From the NCBI GenBank assembly GCA_003644395.1, contig QNCF01000001.1:1-35686 (forward strand): a DNA stretch of 35,686 nucleotides. Direction: 5' to 3'. This DNA comes from Candidatus Omnitrophota bacterium. Its GTDB lineage: Bacteria > Ratteibacteria > UBA8468 > B48-G9 > JAFGKM01. A model generated the notes under the pieces. The model was not told where the DNA came from and searched no databases. It was given only the letters and a program-made list of their open reading frames with translations. The position numbers and the translations under genes were made by a program. Below, in pieces: positions 9,548-17,094 of the stretch; within the stretch, counting starts at the first letter, position 1; the number at the start of each line of letters is the position of its first letter.

Positions 9548-10858
9548 ATGGAAAAGGCGAAGGTAAAAGTTGTATTTCCAGCAGTTGAAAAAGGGCATCC
9601 TACCTGGCCATATATAAATTATGATGTTGAGAAAAGGGCAAAAGATGTGATGAGTATTCTGGAAAAGCAATTGCCTGAAATTGAATTTTCTTACCATGTT
9701 ATTTATGAAAAAGAGAAGGCAAAAAAATTGGTTGAGGAAGAAAAGGGAAGATATGATGGATATTTAGTCTATATGACATCAATGTGGACAGAAATACCGG
9801 AAACAATGGCGAAGATGGGAATCCCTTTAATTGTTGCAGATGAAATCTATTCTGGCTCTGGAGGATTGCTCAGAACAAACTCACTTGTAAAAAAAGAAAA
9901 TTTACCTGTTGTCTGTATTGGCTCTTCAAATTTCAATGATATTATAAAGGCTGTAAAATTATTTTCTGTAATGAAGAGGATGAGAGAATCAAAAATTCTT
10001 GTTGTTGCAGATGGGGAATCATGGGGAAGCAGCAATAGAAAGATAAAAAAGATAAAGGAAATTTTTGGAACAGATGTGATAAGAATGACTTCAGAGGAAT
10101 TAAATTCATATTATAAAAAAGTTGATAAAGAAAAGGCAGAAAAATATAAGGATAAATGGATAAAAGAAGCGCTGAAGGTTGTTGAACCCACAGAAGAAGA
10201 GATATTAAAATCAGCAAAAATGCATCTGGCAATTAAAAAAGCAATGGAAGATAAGAAAGCAGATGCAATAACAATTGATTGTCTTGGACTCTATTATTCC
10301 GGTAAACTTTTTGCTTATCCATGCCTTTCTTTCTTTGAATTAAATAATGAAGGTTCAACAGGTGTATGTGAGGCAGATTTAGATTCTGCAGTAACACAGC
10401 TTTTAATAAGGTATTTAACAGGAAGACCCGGTTATGTTTCTGACCCTGTCATTGATACCGCAACAAACCAGATAATTTATGCTCACTGTGTGGCAACCAG
10501 TAAAGTTTATGGCCCTGATGGTTTAAGCAATCCATATATAATACGTTCACATGCAGAAGACAAAAAAGGTGCATGTGTCCAATCACTATTACCGACAGGG
10601 GAGACAGTAACAACAGTTAAAGTGAGTTCCTTAGATAAAGCATTCTCTATACATACAGGTAAAACAATTGGGAATGTTGAGGATGAAAAGGGATGCAGAA
10701 CAAAACTGGCAGCAGAAGTTGATGCAGAAAAAATACTTAATAATTTCCATTTTGAAATATTTTCCTGGCACAGGGTAACTTTTTATGGAGATTACAGAAA
10801 AGAAATGATGGATCTTGCAACTCTTTATGGACTTAAAATTTATCAGGAAGATAAATAA
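9548..10858 (+). CDS. AraA/FucI-superfamily isomerase-like protein, paralog 6 (Asp-type)
   Basis: The track ORF starts at ATG 9533, which overlaps the upstream TGA. ATG 9548 (MEKAKVKVV) follows GGAGGGGG. Core motifs: ITIDC, YPC-x14-CEAD-x21-D (GYVSDP), YAHCVAT, KGCRTKLAAEV, SWHRVTFYGDY. Confidence 0.7.
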   Translation: MEKAKVKVVFPAVEKGHPTWPYINYDVEKRAKDVMSILEKQLPEIEFSYHVIYEKEKAKKLVEEEKGRYDGYLVYMTSMWTEIPETMAKMGIPLIVADEIYSGSGGLLRTNSLVKKENLPVVCIGSSNFNDIIKAVKLFSVMKRMRESKILVVADGESWGSSNRKIKKIKEIFGTDVIRMTSEELNSYYKKVDKEKAEKYKDKWIKEALKVVEPTEEEILKSAKMHLAIKKAMEDKKADAITIDCLGLYYSGKLFAYPCLSFFELNNEGSTGVCEADLDSAVTQLLIRYLTGRPGYVSDPVIDTATNQIIYAHCVATSKVYGPDGLSNPYIIRSHAEDKKGACVQSLLPTGETVTTVKVSSLDKAFSIHTGKTIGNVEDEKGCRTKLAAEVDAEKILNNFHFEIFSWHRVTFYGDYRKEMMDLATLYGLKIYQEDK

Positions 10859-10874
10859 TTAAAAAGGAGGGGAA

Positions 10875-11639
10875 ATGGATAGATTAATAGCAGGTATCCA
10901 GCTTTACACATTAAGGGGATTTTGCAAAGATTTAAAGGGGATAGAGGAGACTTTTAAAAAGATAAGGAAAATAGGATACAGGGCTGTACAGATTTCAGGT
11001 ATAGGAGAGATTGATTTTAAAGAGTTGAAGAAAATCCTTGATGATAATGGATTGTATGCATGTTCAACTCACACACCTTATGAGAGAATAATAAATGAGA
11101 CTGAAAAAGTTATTGAAGAGCATAAAATACTGGGATGTGAAGGTATTTTCTGCCCTGGGCTTCCAAAGGAATTAAGAAAAGGGAAAGAAGGATATCTGGA
11201 AGCAGCGAAAGAGTTCAAGAAAGTTATCAAAAAGATAAAGAAGGAAGGTCTTATCCTTGGATACCATAACCATGGCGTGGAATTTGAAAGATTTGGTAAA
11301 AAGACAGGACTTGAAATTTTACTTGATGGATGTAAAGAACTTGAAGTTGAAATTGATACATACTGGGTGCAGTATGGAGGAGGAGACCCTGCATACTGGA
11401 TAGAAAAATATTCAGGTAGAGTAAGCCAGATACATTTAAAGGATATGGGAATAATTGATAATAAACAGGTTATGCCTCCAATCGGTGAAGGGAATTTAAA
11501 CTGGGAAAGGATTATAAAAGCATGCAGGAAGGCAAAAGTTAAATATTGTCTTGTTGAGATTGATGAACCAACAATAGAACCATTTGAAGCAATTGAAAGG
11601 AGCCTTAAATTTTTGAAAAAATTTGGAATAAAGCCCTAA
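10875..11639 (+). CDS. Xylose-isomerase-like TIM-barrel protein (sugar phosphate isomerase/epimerase family)
   Basis: 254 aa, SD GGAGGGG. Typical family blocks: IQLYTLR near the N-terminus, GYHNHGVEF, VEIDTYW, IHLKD, LVEIDEP (metal-ligand-like E/D/H/E pattern). It is the last gene of the + operon. Confidence 0.75.
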   Translation: MDRLIAGIQLYTLRGFCKDLKGIEETFKKIRKIGYRAVQISGIGEIDFKELKKILDDNGLYACSTHTPYERIINETEKVIEEHKILGCEGIFCPGLPKELRKGKEGYLEAAKEFKKVIKKIKKEGLILGYHNHGVEFERFGKKTGLEILLDGCKELEVEIDTYWVQYGGGDPAYWIEKYSGRVSQIHLKDMGIIDNKQVMPPIGEGNLNWERIIKACRKAKVKYCLVEIDEPTIEPFEAIERSLKFLKKFGIKP

Positions 11640-12823
11640 ACTTTATTTTTTAATTTTTTGATAAGAACAGGTATTATTTCAAAGAGGTCTCCAACAATTC
11701 CAAGATTTGCCACTTTAAAGATTGGTGCATCCGGGTCTTTATTTATGGCTATTATATAATCTGAAGTCTGCATCCCTGCAAGATGCTGGATTGCTCCTGA
11801 TATTCCACATGCTATATAAACTTTTGGTTTAACAGTCTTTCCAGTCTGACCAACCTGATGAGGATATCCTATCCATCCTGCATCAACTGCTGCACGTGAA
11901 GCCCCAACAGCGCCACCAAGCAATTCAGCAAGTTCCCATATCATTGAAAAGTTTTTACCATCCCTCAATCCCCTGCCTCCAGATACTATTATTTCTGCCT
12001 CCTGTAAATCCACAACATTTTTTGTCATTTCCCTTTTTATAATCTTCACCCTTTTATTTACAGAAAATGATGAAAATTCTTCAATTATCAATTTCCCATC
12101 AGGGTTATCCTTAATTTTTGCTTCTTCAATAATTTTTGGTCTTATTGTTGCCATCTGGGGTCTGTGGTCTCTGCATACTATCTTTGCCATAAGATTCCCA
12201 CCAAATGTTGGCCTTATCTGTACAAGGAGTTTACTTTCATTATCAATATCTATTCCTGTACAGTCAGCTGTAAGCCCTGTTCCAATCCTTGCAGCGACTG
12301 ATGGAATGAAAGACCTTCCAGCCATTGTTGCTGAAGCAAGCAAGATAGAAGGTTTATATCTTTCAATAAGCTGGGAAAGGATATCAATATATGGTTCTTC
12401 CTGGAATTCTTCAAGTGAATCATCTTTCACAATATAAACTTTTTCCGCTCCCCTTTTTATAAGTTCCCTTCCCATCTCCTCAACATTCTTTCCGCCAATA
12501 ATAACCCCTGATACTTCTTCACCCAGTTTTTCTTTCAATTTCAAACATGCATTTAAAAGTTCAAAAGAGACAGATAACAATTTTCCTTTCTTTTGTTCTG
12601 CAAAAAACCATATCCCTTTATATTTTGATATATCTTTTTTCCTTTCCTTCTCTACAATTAAAATTGCATTTTGAGGACACTCCTTAACACATATACCGCA
12701 AAGCCTGCAATTCTCATTTATTACAATCTTTCCCTCTTTTTCCTCAATTCCACCGAATGGACATTTCTCAATACAGATTCTGCAAAGATTACATTTTTCA
12801 TAAAGAATTTTTATTCCCATCAC
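11636..12823 (-). CDS. etfA: Electron transfer flavoprotein alpha subunit with an N-terminal 2x[4Fe-4S] ferredoxin domain
   Basis: 395 aa. Two CxxCxxCxxxCP motifs (CNLCRICIEKCP, CRLCGICVKECP) are followed by the EtfA body: VSGGRGL, ASRAAVDAGW, QVGQTGKTVKPKVYIACGISGAIQH. There is a 4-nt start/stop overlap with etfB. Confidence 0.85.
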   Translation of the reverse strand: MMGIKILYEKCNLCRICIEKCPFGGIEEKEGKIVINENCRLCGICVKECPQNAILIVEKERKKDISKYKGIWFFAEQKKGKLLSVSFELLNACLKLKEKLGEEVSGVIIGGKNVEEMGRELIKRGAEKVYIVKDDSLEEFQEEPYIDILSQLIERYKPSILLASATMAGRSFIPSVAARIGTGLTADCTGIDIDNESKLLVQIRPTFGGNLMAKIVCRDHRPQMATIRPKIIEEAKIKDNPDGKLIIEEFSSFSVNKRVKIIKREMTKNVVDLQEAEIIVSGGRGLRDGKNFSMIWELAELLGGAVGASRAAVDAGWIGYPHQVGQTGKTVKPKVYIACGISGAIQHLAGMQTSDYIIAINKDPDAPIFKVANLGIVGDLFEIIPVLIKKLKNKV

Positions 12824-13611
12824 AATATACCCTGTTTTTTAAGTTCTTTTAAAATCTCATCTGCCATTTCTTCTGCACTCCCGCTTAATTTTCTTCCCTC
12901 TTTCTTCACCGTATGTTTCCAGATATCAATAACCCTTGTCGGTGAACCATCCTGTCCAAATCTCTCCTCATCTCCACCAATATCTTTTGCACCCCATTTT
13001 TTTATCTCTGCTTTTTTTGATTTTAAAAGCCCTTTAAGTGATGGTATCCTTGGCTCATTTATTTCTTTAACAACTGTAATTAAAACAGGTAGAGGACTTT
13101 TCAGTATTTCGTAATGGTCCTCAAGCAATCTTTTACATTCAATCTGGTTATTCTCTATGTTTATTATCTGACTCACATATGTGATAAATGGGATTTTCAA
13201 ATTTTCAGCAATTTCAGGCCCAACCTGTCCTGTACTCCCATCCATTGCTTCTTTCCCACATATGATGATATCAAAATTACCTATTTTTTTAATTGCACAG
13301 GAAAGTGTATATGAAGTAGCCAGTGTATCACTTCCAGCAAATTTCATATCTGTAAGTAATATAGCATCATCCACACCCATTGCTATTGCCTCCCGTAATG
13401 CACTTTCTGCCTGAGGAGGACCCATTGATATGGCTATTGTCTCTCCACCAAATCTCTCCTTCAATCTCAAACCCTCTTCAATTGCATACATATCATATGG
13501 ATTTATAATTCCTTTCACACTATCCCTCTTTATCCTTTTTGTCTCATTATCAATTTCAACTTCAAAAGTCTCAGGAACCTGTTTGATACAGACTATTATT
13601 CTCATCGTCAC
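12820..13611 (-). CDS. etfB: Electron transfer flavoprotein beta subunit
   Basis: 263 aa with RIIVCIKQVP, AISMGPPQA, KFAGSDTLATS and CGKEAMDGSTGQVGP. There is a 4-nt overlap with the upstream MocA gene. Confidence 0.85.
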   Translation of the reverse strand: MTMRIIVCIKQVPETFEVEIDNETKRIKRDSVKGIINPYDMYAIEEGLRLKERFGGETIAISMGPPQAESALREAIAMGVDDAILLTDMKFAGSDTLATSYTLSCAIKKIGNFDIIICGKEAMDGSTGQVGPEIAENLKIPFITYVSQIINIENNQIECKRLLEDHYEILKSPLPVLITVVKEINEPRIPSLKGLLKSKKAEIKKWGAKDIGGDEERFGQDGSPTRVIDIWKHTVKKEGRKLSGSAEEMADEILKELKKQGIL

Positions 13612-14585
13612 TTAACTGATTTGTAAACCATCTCTGTTAATCTTACAACTTTTTCAATAACTGAAAAATCTGTATTTGGTTTTTTATTATTCCTTATGCA
13701 TTCTATAAAATCCTCTGCTGGAGTTTTAACAGAAGGAGATATTTTCCTTATAGGGGAGGGGGATTTCTCACCATTGATATGTATATAGGAATCTTCTCCT
13801 GCACTGCTAACTTTAATAACTCCCTTTTCTCCCCATATAAGCAGTGCTTCTCTAAATCCAGGGTCTATCCCCAGAATTCCAAAATTTCCTATAGCACCCT
13901 CTTTAAATTTCACTATGAATGATGTGTTTATATCCACCTTCATACCACGGTAATCAATGAAAGAATATACATCAGAAGGTGTCAAATCTGTAAGGAAAAA
14001 TAACATTGCAAGGAAATGGCTTCCTGAATCCATAAGCTGTCCGCCACCTGATATTTCAGGGTCAAACCTCCATGTTCTTTTTGTCCTTTTTATAAGTTCA
14101 ATCCATCCCTGAGCAAGGTATCCACATACAAAAATTATCTTTCCAATCCTTCCATTTTTAATCTCCTCTCTTGCTCCAAGGAAAGTTCCGAGATAATGCC
14201 TCTGGTATCCAACAACAAACACCTTTTTCTTTTCCTCAAGTAATCTTTTAACTTCAGATAGTTCTTCAGAATTTATAACTGCAGGCTTTTCAACAAGAAT
14301 ATGTAAATTATTCTCTAAGGCAAGTTTAATCTGTGGAAAATGGTATTTATGTGGTGAGCATATTACAACTCCATCAATATTGCCACTTTTAATAATTTCT
14401 TCCTCTGAAGAATATATCCTTACATTCCCTGCATCTTTTGAAAACCTTTCAGAATTCCCTTTATCAGGGTCAAAAACTCCTGTTATTTTTACTCCATCAA
14501 TATTCTTCAGTACCTCCAGATGTTTATATGCTATTGAACCACACCCTATAAATCCAATCCTTATTTCATCATTTTTCTGGCACAT
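13608..14585 (-). CDS. Gfo/Idh/MocA-family NAD(P)-dependent oxidoreductase
   Basis: 325 aa with the N-terminal Rossmann motif IGFIGCGSIA, the EKP motif (ILVEKPAV) and a typical C-terminal alpha/beta domain. The start overlaps the upstream gene by 17 nt. Confidence 0.8.
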   Translation of the reverse strand: MCQKNDEIRIGFIGCGSIAYKHLEVLKNIDGVKITGVFDPDKGNSERFSKDAGNVRIYSSEEEIIKSGNIDGVVICSPHKYHFPQIKLALENNLHILVEKPAVINSEELSEVKRLLEEKKKVFVVGYQRHYLGTFLGAREEIKNGRIGKIIFVCGYLAQGWIELIKRTKRTWRFDPEISGGGQLMDSGSHFLAMLFFLTDLTPSDVYSFIDYRGMKVDINTSFIVKFKEGAIGNFGILGIDPGFREALLIWGEKGVIKVSSAGEDSYIHINGEKSPSPIRKISPSVKTPAEDFIECIRNNKKPNTDFSVIEKVVRLTEMVYKSVK

Positions 14586-17094
14586 CTTTTATAACCAATT
14601 TTCCTTCAGCATATGCTTTTCTAACTCTATCACAGTATTTACATTCCCCTTCAGGATGGCAGAGGATGATAGTTGGGTCTTTCCTCAACTCTTTTATTAT
14701 ACTCTTTACCAGTTCCCTTGCCCTCATTATCTTTACACGTGCTTTCCCAACCTTTCCCTCTTTCACTATTCCACTCTTTTTCCAGATGGGCTCCATCACT
14801 TCAAGCAATCTTCCAAACCCTGCTGTTGGCCAGTTTGTTAAATGGACAACCTTTACCTTTCCATTATCAAAAATACGGACATCTCCTTCTTCCAGATTTG
14901 ATGGTTCCATCAATTGCTGTGCATAATGGATTGTTGTATTTGATTCATGCCCAACACCAAGCAATAAAATATATCCATTCCATCTTACCAATTTATCAAT
15001 TGGGCTTCCAGGCCCAAGTGCAGGGCCAACTTTATGGTCTTTTGTTATTTCAACTGCTTTCCCACCTATAGCTGCTACTGAATGGGTTGGATGACGGCTT
15101 CTCACCGCATCTTTTCTCTTTCTGAAAACTTCTGTTAAAGTCCCAACAAAAGATGGGGAAGTCTCAGGGTCAAATACACCACCTACATATACTCTCCCTT
15201 CAAGTGTATGGGTTGGAACAATAACTGTTCCCTTTTTCCCAACAGTCTCTATCAAAGCATCTATAACTGTATTTGCTCCACCTTCAACATAACCGAGACT
15301 GCGGAGTGAAGAGTGGACCATCACAATATCTCCTTCCTTCAAACCAAGTTTCTTCAAATCCTTCTTTAAATCCTCCTTTGTAAATCCTTTCTCCTTAAGT
15401 CTCCTCTTCACATTTAATGTTTCAAGTAAATGGTTTATCCTTCCATACTCATCCTTCACCACTTTCTTTATCTCTTTTTTCAGAAATGAAATGTAATCTT
15501 TGAAATGGGAATGTTCTGCTTTTGGAACCAGTTTTAATAATGAATCAAAAGCCTCCATCTCCCTTTCCTTCATATAACCAATTTTCCTCTCAATATCATC
15601 CAGTAAAGATTCCTTATCCTGAATTTTATCCAATTTTGAGATATATTTTTCAATCTCACTGATTATCCTTACTTTCGCCCTGGAACACATCTCCTCAGCA
15701 AGCCATCGTGCTTCTTCTTTTCCGGCATTGGCAATAAAGTAAGCATATATAGCTGAAATTATTCCTGTTCTTTTCAAAGTTAAAGGGTCAATCTGGTCCG
15801 GTCTATCATATGAAGTATGATAGGTGAGGTAATCTATTCCTGTACTTAAACTTGGTGTGGGTACACCAACTGATCTATCAGAAAGGATTCTGCTTTCCGG
15901 TTCAATATATTCTCCTTTTATCCATCTGAAAGGTACTTCACTTTCTGGAGAATCTTCCCTTGAAAATTCCTGTGAGGATTTTTCCACTATCCATTCAAGT
16001 AAGTCATCAACAAAAGAGGGAGTATCCTGGTGGGCATGTGTCCTTCCAACTTTTAAAATTATATTTTTCTTTTTAGGGTCTATACCAACACAATCAAGGT
16101 TAAGTCCTGCTATTGTATTTTGAATTTTATCTTTATTATTTGCCAGATAAGAGGATATTCCAAAAAATTCTGCTCCAAGAAGGAATCTTATACTCCTTTT
16201 GGGAGGAGGCAATTTCCCCTTTTTAATCAATCTGTTCAAACACCTTGCAACTTCAAGTAATACTGCACAGCCAGAAGCATTATCCACTGCTCCAGGCTCA
16301 TTTAAATGTGCAACAAGTAAAATCTCTTCCTTCCCTTTCCCTGGTATTACACCTGTAACATTCCCTGTTACCCCTTCGTATATCTCACTATCTACATTTG
16401 CAAAAACTTTTACTTTTCCATATTTTTTAATTAAATTTTCAAGATATTCTCCGTCCCTTGGAGAGATTGAAAAAGCAAAACAATTTTTCTCAAATTTCCA
16501 TCCAAGTAAAAAATGCCACCTTACAGAATCAGGGATTTTGTATAGTTTATTTGATTTAAGATATAAATACCTTGCATCCTGTATTATACCAATAGCACCT
16601 TTTTCCACTGCCAATCTCATTATTGACCTTGCCAACTGGTGAGTAAAGATGATTTTTCCCTTCACATCAATACCTTCATAATCTTTTTCTTTCATTCCAT
16701 CAGGAATAAATACCACCTCTGCCTCTATTCCACCCTTTGGAGTTGGAGGCGAAAGAGAAATGACTGAACAGCGATTTTCACTGTATCTTGCCAAAACTTT
16801 CCCCTTTGCTTCTTCAGGATAAGTGATTATCAATTCACCTTCTTTAATTCTCCATGCAGAAGGCATAATATAATCTCCATATTTTGTTATTCCATCAGCA
16901 GGATAATCCAGTATCTCCACTCCACTTAAACCACTTTCTTTCAAATCATCCATACAGTATTTTGCAGCTTCATAATATCCTGGAGAATAGACCTCACGGT
17001 TAAAACAGAAAATTTCATATACAAGGCGGTAACATCTTTCCCTTGAAAACTCCAGTTCTATTGCATCATACAGATTTTTAAACTCTCTTTCCAT
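14569..17094 (-). CDS. Fusion protein: M28-like (aminopeptidase-like, DUF4910-type) N-terminal domain, helical linker, and AAC(3)-family N-acetyltransferase C-terminal domain
   Basis: 841 aa. N-terminal half carries M28-like motifs: LLVAHLNEPGAVDNASGCAVLLEVAR, LLGAEFFG, LNLDCVG, YHTSYDRPDQID. C-terminal ~270 aa match the aminoglycoside 3-N-acetyltransferase family: DIVMVHSSLRSLGYVEGGANTVIDAL, GTVIVPTHT, SRHPTHSVAAIG, GHESNTTIHYA. The tail contains CHPEGECKYC. Confidence 0.7.
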   Translation of the reverse strand: MEREFKNLYDAIELEFSRERCYRLVYEIFCFNREVYSPGYYEAAKYCMDDLKESGLSGVEILDYPADGITKYGDYIMPSAWRIKEGELIITYPEEAKGKVLARYSENRCSVISLSPPTPKGGIEAEVVFIPDGMKEKDYEGIDVKGKIIFTHQLARSIMRLAVEKGAIGIIQDARYLYLKSNKLYKIPDSVRWHFLLGWKFEKNCFAFSISPRDGEYLENLIKKYGKVKVFANVDSEIYEGVTGNVTGVIPGKGKEEILLVAHLNEPGAVDNASGCAVLLEVARCLNRLIKKGKLPPPKRSIRFLLGAEFFGISSYLANNKDKIQNTIAGLNLDCVGIDPKKKNIILKVGRTHAHQDTPSFVDDLLEWIVEKSSQEFSREDSPESEVPFRWIKGEYIEPESRILSDRSVGVPTPSLSTGIDYLTYHTSYDRPDQIDPLTLKRTGIISAIYAYFIANAGKEEARWLAEEMCSRAKVRIISEIEKYISKLDKIQDKESLLDDIERKIGYMKEREMEAFDSLLKLVPKAEHSHFKDYISFLKKEIKKVVKDEYGRINHLLETLNVKRRLKEKGFTKEDLKKDLKKLGLKEGDIVMVHSSLRSLGYVEGGANTVIDALIETVGKKGTVIVPTHTLEGRVYVGGVFDPETSPSFVGTLTEVFRKRKDAVRSRHPTHSVAAIGGKAVEITKDHKVGPALGPGSPIDKLVRWNGYILLLGVGHESNTTIHYAQQLMEPSNLEEGDVRIFDNGKVKVVHLTNWPTAGFGRLLEVMEPIWKKSGIVKEGKVGKARVKIMRARELVKSIIKELRKDPTIILCHPEGECKYCDRVRKAYAEGKLVIKDVPEK

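Noticed and set aside
2711-10858. The six-paralog array as a recent tandem amplification or an assembly-collapsed repeat.
   Set aside because: The paralogs share only motif-level protein similarity. Their N-terminal halves are strongly diverged, and I could find no extended nucleotide identity between them. This contrasts with the 57-bp tract found in the QueG-like pair.
12671-13114. Antisense shadow ORFs inside well-supported genes. Examples: 12671-13114, 14380-14841, 14673-15071, 16199-16642, 22380-22985, 25490-26101, 27149-27622, 29860-30330, 31732-32352, 35252-35542, and the many 60-110 aa ORFs in the track.
   Set aside because: Each lies entirely within, and opposite to, a gene with clear family motifs. 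Their translations are low-complexity and S/F/L/I-rich, as expected from reading K/E-rich AT-rich genes in reverse. None has an SD site or a recognisable motif.
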